64,000 nt of DNA, from NCBI RefSeq assembly GCF_032191835.1, contig NC_083227.1, forward strand, positions 137,082,001 through 137,146,000, read 5' to 3'. A program made the translations under genes and the position numbers. Under the pieces are notes generated by a model. The model searched no databases and had not been told where the DNA came from. It saw only the letters and a list, made by a program, of their open reading frames with translations. Of this stretch, positions 1 to 13,712 are shown in pieces. This DNA is from Heteronotia binoei (taxonomy: Eukaryota). The stretch's first letter is position 1; the number at the start of each line of letters is the position of its first letter.

Positions 1-983
1 ACTTCAGAACCAACCTTAATACAGATACAGATATTAATACAACCTTAATACAGATATTGAGTAACCCATAGCAGACTTGACAATAAGTTTCAGAAATCTG
101 CATACGGTGAATTAAAATTTACTGTGTTCTTTATAATAGAAGCCATTGTGACTGGCTTTTCTTTGGCTTCGTGGTATATCCCTGGTTTACATAAAATGTA
201 GTTGGCTGAATGTTGCTCATCAACTGTAGGAAAGAAAACATAGTAGTAGTACTTCCACTGGGAGTTGCCCAGCAAATTCAACAAATTTCCAAGCTATTTA
301 GCTTACTTTTGGAATTCTAATGAGAGTAGAGTTCCAAACAAATACAAAAAGTATTCTGTCCTTTTGGCTATATGAATCAGTCCCCGTTTCCAAAACTGTA
401 CACTCCTGGAGCATTGCCAAAAGGATGAAAGACTGTCTTGTTTGAATTGTCAGAAATAATATTTATGTAAATTATATATGTTTATGAATCTACAGTGAAA
501 CACCACTGGTAAAGCATGTTGTTTTTTAAAAAATCGATATTAACATTACAAGTAGCACATGCAACTTAACCTTGATATAACTGAATAGATCACCTTGCAA
601 TTATAAGAAAAAGAGCAAACTGCAATGAATTCCTGGTGAGACAGAGCCAAAACTGTGTGTAATTTGTTCCTAATGAAGAAATGAAGTTCAAAAAAAGATT
701 AACATATTAGGAATTTCCTTCTATAATCCATTCCACATGCCTTCCTGAGATAGTATGGGCTCTATTTCCCCTCTCCAGCACGCACACCTCTTTTGAAAAT
801 AATTTGTCTTCCCTGAGTTTATACTAATTGATATATCCTATCTATTTCCCTCCCTGTTTACCAGTCAATAACATTCAGCTGGATTTTGCAAACAGCTGTA
901 TTTTCTAATCAATGTACCTAACCAGTGCCTGATTTGAAAATATGGAAACCACGCTGTGAAAACAGAGTTTTGTTTATACTGGG

Positions 984-1236
984 TTAGGTTGCCAGCTCTA
1001 GGTGCAGAAATACCTGTAGATTTGAGGGTGGAGCTTGGGAGAGTGGAGTTTAGGGAAGGAAGGGAAATTGCTAGTGTATAACACCATGCTGTCCACCTTC
1101 CATAGCAGCCATTGTTTCCATGAGAAGTGGAATAAATGTTTTAACTAAATCATTAATAGATAAGTAATTTACGTAGTCTTGAGTTCAGTTGTAATTCCAG
1201 AAGATCTTCAACTGCCACCAGAAGGTTGGCAACCCT
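984..1236. mobile_element. Degenerate MITE of the TAGGGTTGCCA-TIR (hAT-like) family
   Basis: Starts TAGGTTGCCAG and ends GTTGGCAACCCTA; internal sequence resembles other copies in the window; no clean TSD. Confidence 0.6.
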
Positions 1237-1664
1237 ATTTGATTAAGGCCAATCTCTCTCTCTCTCCTCTCACTCCCCTTGTGCAAGAAGAAGAGCAGAG
1301 TTTGCAGTTTTCTGGGCCATGCCCAAAACATTGACATGAATAATAAATCGAATAAATAAATAAATACATTTTGGGGTGGGGGGATCTGAAACTTCCAGAG
1401 CAGCCCTAAATTGAGGTACACCCTTGTTTTGTATACTTTCTAAATGGCTATGTATAATATGCAATTTATTTTAAAAAATTGAGCATATTGTTTTTGGAAG
1501 TTTATATGGCAGTAATTTAATGGAAGATAGGGCATTAAACTATGGCTGTAACCTAACTATCTAGGAATGTATGTATTGTGAAAGGTCTTGTAGTTGCTCC
1601 AGAGTATGTGAAAAACATAATTTATTACCCCTACACTGTTTTCTATTTTGAAGAGATGACAATG

Positions 1665-1865
1665 AGTGCAAGTTAGGTAGAAATTAAAGTATTCAACTAG
1701 GACCTGGAAGATCCACGTTCAAATCTCCACTCACCATGAAACTCACTGGGTGACCTTGGGCGAGCCATTCTCACCAAGCCTAACTTACTTTTACATGGCC
1801 GTTGTGAGGATAAAGAGGAGGGACAGAACCATGGATGGCACCCTGAGCTTCTTGGATGAATGTAT
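1665..1865 (+). mobile_element. MIR/CORE-type SINE, degenerate
   Basis: GTTCAAATCTCCAC box B-like motif, GGGTGACCTTGGG core, GTTGTGAGGATAAA L2-like tail. Confidence 0.65.
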
Positions 1866-2499
1866 TAATTTTGTTCCTTAATGGAAACTTGAGCCATGTA
1901 ACTAACAATTAGAGAAGCAAGCAACTATTATGTTCTGACACTGAAGCAAATAATAAATGTAGGATTTCTAATATTGCATTCCTGAGCACTGTTACTGGGA
2001 ATAAATTCCATTGCATTTGAGTAATTTGGCATAGGATTCATCTAGCATGTATCTCATTGTTCGATCTCTGAGTGAAGTAATATGGTTTGGTTTAGGCTTC
2101 TGAGTTTGCCCACGTGGAAATGCAAACAAATGCAGGCTATGTTGTCAGGTAGAAGCCGGTTGGCACTCACTTTTCAGGATCTTATTGGGTGATTCATATA
2201 CAATATTCTATATTTGTGAAATGGTTCCTGAATACAAAGTACATGCGTTTCGTAGCATTTATAAAGGGCACTGAGATGGCTGCAAATACATGTGAATGGA
2301 GTCCTGAACCTTTCCTAATTGTTGTCGCTAGTATCTTTTGCAGGTGAAGTCAAAATGTCTATTTCCCCCCAAACTTAAAATGTTGTGTACTTAATAATAA
2401 GAGCCAGCGTATTGCAGGGATTAGAACGTCAGAGTAAAAATTTGATGACCTCGGTTTAGATTGCTAGTCTGTTGTGAAGCAATGATTCACAACAATCCA

Positions 2500-2802
2500 T
2501 TTTCCACCCTGGCCATGGGATGGAGACAGCTCTGGTCATTCTCACAGATGACCTCCACAAGCAGCTGGATCAAACCAGGGCAGTGCTGCTAGTATTACTT
2601 GATTTATCAGCAGCATTTGAGATGGTTGATTGCGATCTATTGACCTACTGCCTTGCTGATATGGAGATCATTATTGTTGTTTTATTTTCATACTTCTATG
2701 TTGATATTATTTCCCATTGGCTTCAATGGAGGACACAAACATTCTTTTATGAATCCGCTTGCGGAGAGGGCGGGCTAGAAATGTAACTAAATAAATAAAT
2801 AA
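2500..2802 (+). mobile_element. L2 LINE fragment (RT piece joined to 3' end)
   Basis: ORF 2520-2786 reads ETALVILTDDL...LLVLLDLSAAFEMVD (L2 RT motif); followed by GGGCGGGCTAGAAAT and a (TAAA)n tail. Confidence 0.7.
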
Positions 2803-3811
2803 TCAGATTTGTGCTTCCCTGGTTTTCCATTTAAACTGGACAAAAGTCAGGGGGTTGCAGTGTTCCCTGAGGACACCCACATTGCCAGTTTCAAAGAGAA
2901 TACAGCCTCCCTCCTTTGCGGCAATGGCAAGGCACACATGTTTTGCATTAAAGTCTATGGGAGGATTGATAGGAAAGATTCCAAAGAGTAATGCAGACGG
3001 CACTGTAGCCGCTTAGCTTGAAGGACAGCAGCTTGAGAAAGATGCAGACTGACAAAGCAAGGATATCTGGTGGAGTAAGGAGGGTAAGGCATTTCATTAG
3101 GCAAAACGGCAGCAATAGGACCCTGAGGTAGGTTTGCTTAGAGGAGGTATAACGTTTGGAGAGTGGAAGGCATTCAGGGAAGTGCAGATTGTAAAGGAAA
3201 ATTTGGCCCAAGGGGACAGGACTGGAATACCTCACACATATATGTGATCCAGTGGCTACAGTTTAAACATGAAACCAATAGAGAAAGAGGCTGCAAAAAG
3301 AAATCGGAACAAAGGGAAAGAAAATCACGGGGGTGGGGTTATAGCTTGTTTAGGTGGAGAATTTGTTTCATTTTCATATTTATTACAATCATTACAAAGC
3401 ATTCCATTTTCATAATTACTGTCGTTAATAGCCAAGTCTATTAGGTTCAGGCTGGTGGTTTGCTACTCTGTACATGTTCAAAAGCACTTCTGGAGTTACC
3501 GGGTTCCAGCATGAAGGCCAGGTGAATCCTAGACTCAATCAAGCCTTGTACCTTTCTGGGAAAGAAAACTGAAGCAGCGATCAAAGCGCCAAGATGTGCT
3601 GAGCACAAATGTCAGAATGCGGAGTCAGGCAGCCTGGGGGGTGCAGAGCCTGAGCTCGGCCCCTGTTCTGAGCACACCATCGAAGCCTGTGGCTTTAGCC
3701 CTACCTGAACCAGAGGCGTGTTCCTTATCCATCAAGCCTCTGGTGCAGCGGAAACGTGAGTTTCCCCAGCTCTGCAGCCCCACTTGCCCTTGGCCAGTCC
3801 AGCCTAGGACT

Positions 3812-3834
3812 GCCGCCGCCGCCGCCGCCGCCGC
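3812..3834 (+). repeat. (GCC)7 trinucleotide repeat in promoter
   Basis: GCCGCCGCCGCCGCCGCCGCCGC read directly. Confidence 0.95.
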
Positions 3835-3880
3835 TTCTCCTTGCCCCAGCGCCGCTCCGATGCCCGCACAGGTGCCGACG

Positions 3881-3915
3881 ATTGGCGGAATATGCAAATC
3901 CGCCGGTGACGTCAC
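3881..3915 (+). promoter_or_regulatory. Clustered CCAAT box (reverse), octamer and CRE
   Basis: ATTGG 3881-3885; ATGCAAAT 3892-3899; palindromic GTGACGTCAC 3906-3915 containing TGACGTCA. Confidence 0.7.
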
Positions 3916-3939
3916 GCAGCGCCCGTCCTGCCAGCAGAA

Positions 3940-4250
3940 ATAGGGCAGGAATTGAGCAAAGCAGCAGTTGCACCTCTTCGCTCCTGGATTGCGACTGGAG
4001 CCTCTGCTCGCCGGCTTCTTCTCGCCTCGCCTTCCCCCCGCCTCCCCCCCTCCCCGAGCCCTCCCTCGGGCTTCTTCCTCCCCTTTGGCGATCTCTCCCC
4101 GCCTTCTTGCCAAGCGCTCCCGCAGACTTCATCCCCCCCCCTCCCTTGAGGAGAGTCGCGTCGCCAAAGCAAACACCCCAACTCTGACATCCCCTCCGCC
4201 CGGCGCTGCGTGCTTGGCACCGAGCTCCATCGGCCGCTGGCGCACGACAG
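3940..4250 (+). other. FSTL4: Probable non-coding exon 1 of FSTL4 (5' boundary approximate)
   Basis: Ends at consensus donor CAG|GTAAGC (4250/4251) just downstream of the promoter motifs; no ATG in the interval; start site not determinable. Confidence 0.6.
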
Positions 4251-4319
4251 GTAAGCCTTGGATCCGGTCGGCCAGGTACAGAGGGGTGGGCGAGCTGACA
4301 TTGCCGCGCCGCTTCCCTT

Positions 4320-4501
4320 CTTCCGCCAAGGGGGGGGGGGGGACAGGCTGCAGGGCTGCCGACCCCCCCCCCCCCACTTCCCGGTTAGTTTCTCCGCGCC
4401 CGGGGAGGAGAGTTTGCTGGGCGAACTTAGCGGGCGGCGCTGCGCGAGACGATCGCGGCTCCCCAATGCGGGGGGAGGGGAGGGGAGGGGAGGGGAAGGG
4501 G
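4320..4501 (+). other. G-run cluster with G-quadruplex potential at start of intron 1
   Basis: Poly-G at ~4331-4342 and (GGGGA)n at ~4470-4501 on the sense strand. Confidence 0.5.
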
Positions 4502-7500
4502 CTGCCGTCTAGCCGGTTCTAGCCCCGGGAGAAGGGCGGCTGGTTCCCTTTGCCAGTCCCTCCGGCTCTGCTGAGGGAACGGAGCCCGGCCGCTCGAGGG
4601 ATGGATGAATGGCCGCCGGGAGCGCTTCGTCGCTTCCGAAAGCACGACGGGCTGCAGGGGATGGTGGCGAGTTCGAATGGCGCGGCTCCTGTTGCGGCGG
4701 CTGCGGCTGTTGGGGCGGGGGGCAATCCGGGCATGGCAAGAATTTGGAGGGGCGGAAGAAAGAGCCGCTTCCCTCCTTGGCCCGCGGGTCTCGCCTCTTC
4801 TCCCTTCGCAGTGCCGCTCGCAGCCCTCCTCGGGCGGAGCGGGTCCTCTTCGGCGAGCGCTCTCTCTCTCCCACCAGCCTCGGCTCGGCCGCGCTTCTTC
4901 TAGCTCTGGCGCCCGCCGCGGGGGGCTTTGCAGCGTGAAGGCGAGCCCTGCATTCTCCGCGGGCTGCGTGCAGAATTTCATACCCGTGCCTGGCATGCTT
5001 TGGATACAGCCAGCCCACCCGGAGAAAGGTGTATTCGTGGTTATGATCACTTTGGCCCCAGGTTCAAAACGAATTAGGATGGACTCGTTTGCTGGTCCAG
5101 TGTAGACGGTAACCGCTATGCCCCGTACCGCCCCCCCCCCCCCGCCCTGTCCTCTGCCACTTCATAAAAATTGTACAGCAGCATGTAGGGACTCTAGCTG
5201 GGATGTCAGGGATTCTCACTGGAAGTTTGTCCAACTTAGTTCAGTGGGGCTGGGGCCACTCGTGCACAGAACCACAGCCTTAGAAGGAAAGTCAAGCAAA
5301 CGATTGTCTCAGAAGTTTTCCAGGTTACTTCTTAGAAGCGATGCTTCCCCCCCAAGTAGACGTTAAGTTAATGTTTACAACCAATGTCCAATATGATTCT
5401 GGTTCAAAACGAGCAAACAGGTTTATCTGGTACTGGGGTGGGACAAACCTTCCTCTTTTGGGGGGTGAGTGAGGAATGGATAAGAGATGAAATCCAGCCA
5501 GTTCTCTAAAATGGGCAGATAGTGTGCTGCCAAATAAGGAAGAAACCGTATTGCAAAGCCTGGGCTGAATACTTTAACAGTAACTACAAGAACTGTGTTG
5601 CATTAGAAATATGCTGTTTGTCTGAGCTTAGTTTGGGTACAAAACAAATAAGCCAGACTCCAGTAGCATTGAAGAACAGGAAAAGTACCGAGGAAAGATA
5701 TACAGAATCTACCAATGACTTTAAATTACTATTGTTTGCATGCAGAACTACTGATTGTGTTCTTATTCTCAATGAAAGAGGGCAGGATCCATATTCTCTG
5801 AAATTTGTATGCTAAAATATTCCAGAGTATTTTAAGCATGCATTGTAAATACAGTAGAACTGGAACATCTTTTTTTTCTAGTCCTCAATTAAAGTTTTAA
5901 GAACAGCATTTTAAGTATCTGGAGTTCTCCTTTTCTATGCTGTTCATCTAAAGCTGTGCTTGTTTTCCAGTGTTTATGCTGAAGGTAACTGGAAAATGAT
6001 ATTGGGAACTTGAGGACACTTGAAGCTGTCACCTGGGATGCCTAGTAAGGATCCGTCGGTGAGCTCTAGTGCTGAAAGTCTGCCTTTGAATTGGAGCTTT
6101 GCCTTTTCTCTTTGTTTTGCCCCTAGGTGTCGCCTCTGCTGCTACTCTGGTTTTAAGTTTGTTTTGGGTTTTTTTTGGGGGGGGAGAAAGAAAGTAAAGA
6201 GTGGTGTTTTATTTGTAAATAGCGTTCTTATCCAACTTCAGTAGGGCAGGCAGGTGTCATTTTCTGGTGCTTGTGTTTGCTTCCCTCCCCAAACATCATT
6301 GTTGCATGGCACTTGGAGCTGGGAGTCATGTTTGGCACAAAATAATTACTATATACTGGTTAAAATACATACTTCCATGCAACTCAATGGAATAAAATAA
6401 TAATATTGCACTTCAGGGGAATAGAATATCTTTAAAATGCAGATCTTGAACAGACATGCTTAACAATGGTTACAGGTTATAGCTTGCATTCAACTAGTCA
6501 ACTAGAAATGTGTGTGCATTTCTGCTTCAGAGTGCTATCAGTCTTATGAAATGGCAGATGGCTCTAAGTGAGTTTCTGCTGTGTTAATTCAAAGCAGTGT
6601 TGTTTTTTGGAAATAATTTCAAACTGTCTTCTGGGCTGCTTTGTGTAGCTTTGTGTAGTAGAAGACCCCAACCCACATATAACTATCCTGTCTTTTAATG
6701 CCCTGCCTTTTAATTAACGCCCTGATAGTTTGATAGTCCTGCCTACTCTTTTAATGGCATCGTTGTTAACACAAAGGAAAAAAACCCCTAATTAATACTT
6801 TATTTTCTGTTTTTCATGATAATCACATCTGCTGTTCTGATTTACTTCATGGTCAGTAATTCTAGAAAAGGAAGTATTTTAGCTTTCGTAATTACAACTA
6901 TTTTGACTTCTAGTTTCTCCCAAAACTCTGTTGCATAAATTAGTATTTCCCTTTAACAATATTCTGTATTTTTCTAGCATTTCCAGAACATAAAATGAGT
7001 CAAGTATGCTCTCATCATAATAGGATTTATGTCTCTACTTCCCCAGTCAAGTTAACAAAAATAAGTCAGATGCAGCCACATGCCTTATTGGATACATTTT
7101 CTTGTCTAAGTGTCTTAAAGGTCAAGTTTTTTGTTAGTAATCAATTAATATACATAGTTGCTGGCTAATTAATTGCTATAGAAACTTAAATATAAATATT
7201 TCTCAATGGAGCAGGGGGAAAGGACACTGTAGCTAAGCCAAAAGTTGTATCGTGACTTTGAAGTTTCAGTTTATCCGGCCAAGAAAAGCTCAAAGCTTGT
7301 ACTATTAGTCAAATGATAAGGTGAAAAACCAGGTATACTGCTAGTACTCTGGTGTTGCTACCAGTTAAGCTTTAAATCAGATATTTATCCTTTACTCCAA
7401 ACAATGAAAATTAAGGCTTTCTGTCATATACACTCTGGCTTGCATTGAACAATACTGACAGAGTGGTATCATTCTAAAATAAATTGAAAGGTAATCCATG

Positions 7501-9424
7501 AATGGCTCACATTTTCCTGTTTCTAACTGATATCAGAGTATAAAAGAGAACCTATGAGGAAGTATGACCTGACCAAAGTGGTGGAATTATTAGAGATGAG
7601 TTAATGGAGGCAAACTGCCGAACTTCAGGATAACTGAAGTAGCACAAGATGCATTGAAACTTATATCAATGTACATTTAGGGGTCAGATTCAGACACTCT
7701 GCTGCTTTTAGAAATGTATGAAGCAGCTCTAGAGAATCTGCCCTCAGGATCCTATAAGAATGCCAGAGCAGAACTTCAAAGTTCTGTGTTTCAAACTGGA
7801 TTACAAGATAATTCAATACAAAATCAGGAAGCTACATCTCAGTGTATGTAAAAAATTCTCAGCATGCAGATACATTATTGGGTTATTTACCCCTTCCAGA
7901 TCAAATCTGTTCATTCTGACACTGTCCATGACTATGTGATTATCATTCAGCAGGGACTGCACAGTATACCAGATTATGGACCATATGAAATGTTTCTTAT
8001 CAAAACATTTTCCTGCCTCCCCAAGTTATGTTAAATAGTAACATGCAAAAATCACAACTGTTTTCCCCTGCTCCCAATTATTTAGAATTCCAACTTGCCA
8101 TTTGCCACTATAATCTTGGCTAGGAAGTATATACTTTACAAGTTTTCTTCCTGGTTCAGTAATGTCTGAAAGCTTGTGCACACTTAGCAAATGATGCTAA
8201 GTATTTTACTTTATTTGCTTTGTTTCTTCTTCCCAGCACCCCTTTCTCTGGTCACTTCTTATCCATTAGTGGGATTTAAATTGCCTTGGGTAATATAACT
8301 AATATTTGAGACAAAACATGCCTTGACATCTTATAAGGGAAAATCAACATGTTGCATTGATAGACAAACACGGGGGTTAAGCTAACCTTCTTTTCGTTTG
8401 TTTCGTAAAGAATGCTTTCTGTCTTCAATGGAAAACATGGGAAAAATAACAGATTACTCTTGATATCATTTAGGTATTTCATTGACCAAATCTGAGATAT
8501 TCATTAATGATCAGGTAGATAATTAATTGAAAATGTAATCTAATTTTGTGATGGTTTTTGAAAGAGAGCTAATTTACAATTATACTATTTCTTTTACAGT
8601 ATTTTATCAAATTTGGCAGTATTTTTTTTTTAAAAAATCACACATCTATAAGGTTGCTGTAACAAATGAACAATTTCTTTGGAAGGTGTAAAAGTCAGAT
8701 TTCTTTTGAAAGTTTGTTATATTCAAGTATTCAAACACTTAAAATTCATTTATATACCACCAATAAAACTTATGCAAGGCATAATTTTGCCTGCTAGCTA
8801 TCTATAGGTGACTTTTCACTGTGATCCTGTCCTACTAGGCTTGTGCTTGCAACAAGAATGGTCTCTGATGTTGAGAAATCATATATGTTTTCCTGTGAAC
8901 ACATACTGCAGTTCTGTTGATTTGCTGCCAGGACAATGGCTCATGTTCTACTTCGTGCTTAGCATCACTCTGATTTTTATTTAAAGAACATCACATTTTC
9001 TTGTTTGTTAACCTGGGAGACTTCTTAAAAGGCTTCTGAATTAGAACTTGGCCTGAAAACTGGGCAGTGTGTTCCATCTTTAGCTCAGGGAATGAAAACA
9101 TGGATAAGGGGGGAGGGATTGTGAGAACTGGATAGGTAATGTTATGATACTAAATGTTCTGTGCCACTGAGATAGGTTGATCATACAACAATATTCTGCT
9201 TTGCTGATTTTTGTTAGTGTCATGCACTTTGAACTTTAGGGATCCTCTTTTTTAACTAAAGATAGAGAGGATAGGACCTGGGACCTTTTACTTACAAAAC
9301 TGGTACCCTATGCTTTCATTCACAACCCATTTCATGATCCCTGTACTGATAAGACAGCTCATTATGCTTACTGGGTATCATGATTCAGTACTGGTGGAAA
9401 GTTGGTTTAATGGGTCCTATCCTG

Positions 9425-9592
9425 CCCAGGTTCAATCCCTGGTATCTCCAAAAAAGGGTCCAGGCAAATAGGTGTGAAAAACCTCAGCTTGAGACCCTGG
9501 AGAGCCGCTGCCAGTCTGAGAAGACAATACTGACTTCGATGGACCAAAGGTCTGATTCAGTATAAGGCAGCTTCATATGTATGTTCATATGT
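9425..9592 (+). mobile_element. tRNA-headed SINE with CR1-like 3' end
   Basis: GGTTCAATCCCTGG box B; ends GGTCTGATTCAGTATAAGGCAGCTTCATATGT; related copies at ~13713 and ~16120. Confidence 0.65.
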
Positions 9593-10432
9593 TGGGACCT
9601 AACATTAACACCAGCATTGCCTTGCCTTAATGAAGATGTTATAGCACTTCCCTTTTCCCTAAGATAGCACATCTGTTCAGGAAAAAACCCTCTCATGGAG
9701 AATCTTATTCTGCATGCATTTGACAGATAGAGCAGAATGTTAAGTATATATTGCTTTCTTAACTATTGTGACAGAAATTCTTTTCTGGGATATGGCAGGT
9801 AACACTTATACATAGGATCAGATTTCCTCACTTTAAGGAATTTCCTTTAAGACAGAAATCACTTTGGATGTTGTATGAATCATGGTTCATAATGTCTCCA
9901 TGATATCAAATCAGCTTTCCATTATGCTTGTTCAAAACAAAGATTATTGGGAATGGAAAACAAAGGCCCATGAATTATGAGGTCGTCTTGAGGATTGTTC
10001 ATGAAAATTCCCATAGCATTGTAAATGACTGCTACCATTAAGGGGCTGTCCAATTAACTACAAAGGAAGTAGGTATAAATATTTAAGGGTTAGATGCAGG
10101 TTGGGGTTGTGTGTCATTTAAAAAAATCTGACTCCAATAATGTATTGTCATATTAAGAAATCAATCTGGTTGGCATTTCTATAGAAACACCGAGATTATA
10201 AATGTAACTTCTCTCAACAAACTGGGATGAAATTCTCAGGAATTGCATGCCTTTTTTATGGGAAACTCCCTCCCAAATTTCAGGATTGACAGAAAAAAAC
10301 ATTCCTATTCTATAGGCAATTTTAAATTTTCACCTGAAAAAGCAGGAACAGAGGGGCATTAGTGGGTGTGTGAACAAACTTTTCCTTCCTTTTCTGGGAT
10401 CCTGAATTGGGAAGGGGTCTGTTCTTTAATAA

Positions 10433-10730
10433 GAGCCCTGAGGCACAGAGTGTTAAAGCTGCAATACTGCAGTCCTAAGCTCTGCTCACGACCTGAGTTC
10501 GATCCCCGGTGGAAGCTGGATTTTCAGGTAGCCAGCTTGAGGTTGACTCAGCCTTCCATCCCTCCGAGGTTGGTAAAATGAGTACCCAGCTTGCTGGGGG
10601 GAAAGTGTAAATGACTGGGGAAGGCAATGACAAACCACCCCATAAAAAGTCTGCCGTGAAAACGTTGTGAAAGCAGCGTCACCCCAGAGTTGGAAATGAC
10701 TGGTGCTTGCACAGGGGACCTTTCCCTTCC
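10433..10730 (+). mobile_element. Sauria SINE (Squam1-like)
   Basis: tRNA head with GAGTTCGATCCC; GGTAAAATGAGTACCCAGCTTGCTGGGGG body; GGGGACCTTT tail. Confidence 0.8.
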
Positions 10731-12182
10731 TGTTCCTTAATGCCTGGGGGAGGCAACACAGACTCTGTCCCCATCTTTACCTCACTTCATTCTATTTTCT
10801 TGTGCCAATCCCAGTTAATTTCCAGTGTCTGACCTGATAAAAGAAAATAAAGTTCAGTGTCCAAAATGAGCGATGGAGAAGGGTTTAGTTCCCTTCATCT
10901 ATATACTTGGTGTTGAAAAACAATCACCCACCCACTCTGATCTCTTGATATATGACCAGAAGAGGCTGTCTGTCTTTCCCTCTTAGCAGAGCTAATAGGC
11001 ATGTGATTGGTTCTGCAGAAAAGCTATGTCTGCTTAGTGCTTTTACATGAGATTAATAATGGGCGTTGAGATGTCTCATATCCCAAATCAGCAGTTCTTT
11101 GTGACATAGACGGATGATCTGACCTGTCCTCAAAACTAACTTCAAGTTTGTTCTCTCTCTCTGTATGTGTATGCACACAGAGAGATGTGTGCACTCTTGG
11201 AATGGGAAGTGAAGTCTTCATCTCTGCTTCTATTCCTGTAGTATACATCAAATAAATAACATCCTTCCCAAGCTGCCTATCACAGGAGAGGAAACACCAA
11301 TATCTGCCTTTCCTTCTGCCTCTTATCTATTGCATCTGTAGCCTCTGTGCATCTATTGCCCCATCTGCCCTGCCATACAGTGGATAAAAGTGAAGCATTC
11401 CCACATCCATCTGGAGAAATATTTAAGTCAATTAAGTTTTCATAGTGAGGACAGTGCATGGATGCAATAAAAATAAATTATAAATAAAACCCTGGAAGAC
11501 AAAACTGAATTTTCTAAGCATGACCTTCACAAAGGTATTCCTAAAAGTATTGTTCTAAAAACATTATACGTCAGTATGCTTTGGTATCTCCACTGGTTCT
11601 TCAGGATTTAGAAGTGTAACCGAGTGGTTTTGGTGCATCATAGTATGGTTGGAGCACAAAAACATATTTCCCCTGGAGGAAGATTATTCCCCTTAGCAAT
11701 AAGAACGTTGACATCAACATCTACGTAATGGAAGAACGTTGAACAGCCTTACCTATAGCTGCTTCTGAACAAATGTTGGAGAATGGCCTATACAGATAGT
11801 TATGCTAGTACAATATCTTAACACATGATAATATAGCCCAATTTATATGAATACATGATGGTCCCTTATATGGAGTCGGAACAACTAGTAGCCACTGGCA
11901 ATGGTTCTCCAGTGTCTCAGGCAGAAGTCTTTTATGTCACCTGCTACTTGATGTTTTTCAATGGAGATGTCAGGGAATGACTCTCAGATTTTCAGTCTGA
12001 AAAGCAGATGCTCTCCAACTCTGCCTTCCTTTTAAAAACCAGATTTCTTGTTCAATTGTCTATTGGGAATCCAAGGCACATGGCACATTTTGGAATGAAT
12101 AGAAGCCAAGTGACTGAAGCCTATTTTAACTACTGTGGGAGAATAGTTCCCAAAATGAGCCATTTTGCTGGTACAAACAAAA

Positions 12183-12556
12183 TAGAACATAAGAACATAA
12201 GAAAAGCTCTACTGGATCAGACCAGTTGTCCATCTAATCCACCATCCTGTCTCACACAGTAGCTAACCAGTTCCTCTGGATGGCCAATCACAGGGCATAG
12301 AGGCTAAGGCTGCTAATGTTGCCTCCCAGCTCTGGGATTCAGAGTCTTAGTTCCTGTGAATGTGGAGGTTCCATTCAATTACCATGGCTAGAAACCATTC
12401 ATAGATTTATCCTCCGTGAATCTGCCTGATCCCCTCTAAAGCTGTTTAATTCTGTGGCCATCACTACAGCCTCTGATAGCAAATTCCACATTTTAATAAC
12501 TTTCTGTGTAAAGTAGTATTCCCGTTTGTCTGTCCTGAACCTACTACCCATCAACA
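12183..12556 (-). mobile_element. CR1 LINE 3' fragment
   Basis: AGAACATAAGAACATAAGAA terminal repeat plus GGATCAGACC...CCATCTA CR1 3' end in reverse. Confidence 0.75.
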
Positions 12557-13319
12557 GATGCCCATGGTTGCTGTGTGATAAGTGGCTAGCTAATTATGCT
12601 AAAATGAGTGAACATAGATAAGAGGGGTGGTTTTTTTTGTTTGTTTGTTAATATATAAAGTTGCCTATGCAGAGATCTGACTATCCTGGAATCAAGATAC
12701 CACCAAACACAGTGTTTAGGATCAAAGTGTCGTTGTTTCTTTTAATTGTTCTAAATTGCACTTGATATTGGGTCAGATTACAATCCCCTTTCTCTTTAAC
12801 ACATAAGCAGAATCCAACCCAAGATGAGGTGTTCATAAATATGCAGATGAGATTGATTGCATTTAACCCTGGTAATTTAAATCAAAGTATGTTAAATCTC
12901 ACTCTGCTCCAATTTTATCTCCAACTTGGTAATTGCCTGACAGCAAATCTGATTTTAGGCAGGGGAAGTAAGACATGATGAGGAAATAGCTCTCATGGTG
13001 TGAACTGTAGGGAATTTTAAATGAGTTGGGGCCAGGAAGTAGAATATACCAGTCTTCATATACAACAGTGTTCTCCTATTTTCTTTGTACTTCCTCTGCA
13101 TGTTTTGTTTAGAAGGATAATTTAACCCTGGGCTGAATATTATTATTTGAATTCATTCTATTGTGCATATGACATTTCTGAACATTTCATTTCAAACAAC
13201 ACAGTATTTATACATTTACAATTTAGCTTAAGCATGCTTACTGGAAATAAGTTACACCAAAGTTCATTGAGACTTCTGAGTAGTCGTGTTTGCAGAACAT
13301 GAGTTCTGCTATGAAGTAC

Positions 13320-13628
13320 CAGTGTGCCACAGTGGCTAGAGTGTCATACTAGAATCTGGGAGACCCAGGTTTAAATCCTCACTCTGCCATGGAAACTTAC
13401 TGGGTGACCTTGGGCCAGTCACAGAAAGCATAACTTGCCTCACAGGACTGAAGAAGTGTTGGCTTTTATACCCTGCTTTTCTCTAACTAAGGAGTCTGAA
13501 GGTGGCGCACAGTTTCCTTCCCTTGCTCTCCCCACAACAGGCACCTTGTGAGGTAGGTGGGGCTGAGAGAGTTCTAAGAAAACTGTAACTGGCCCAAGGT
13601 CACCAAGCAGACTTTGTGTGGAGGAGGA
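13320..13628. mobile_element. MIR/CORE SINE head (+) abutting a Squam3-like SINE (-)
   Basis: GGTTTAAATCCTCAC...GGGTGACCTTGGGCCAGTCAC to ~13444, then a reverse-oriented SINE with CTTGTGAGGTAGGTGGGGCTGAGAG. Confidence 0.6.
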
Positions 13629-13712
13629 CTGTTGTGATGATGCAATGGAAGAGAGGAGAATGATGTCAGCCACTATAGAATGCTAGTCAATACCTAGTTT
13701 AAAGAATGTGAG

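Larger units (their letters stand above)
3560..5170 (+). promoter_or_regulatory. FSTL4: CpG island / promoter of FSTL4
   Basis: Abrupt GC- and CpG-rich block in an AT-rich background; contains promoter motifs and a strong splice donor at 4251; lies upstream of the FSTL4 start-codon exon. Confidence 0.85.

Noticed and set aside
4201-4225. Possible REST/RE1 site (GGCGCTGCGTGC)
   Set aside because: Only one half-site matches; the TGGTGCTGAA half is absent
3596-5366. Many long overlapping ORFs on both strands in the CpG island
   Set aside because: Expected from stop-codon scarcity in GC-rich DNA; low-complexity Pro/Arg/Gly/Ala translations with no recognisable domain
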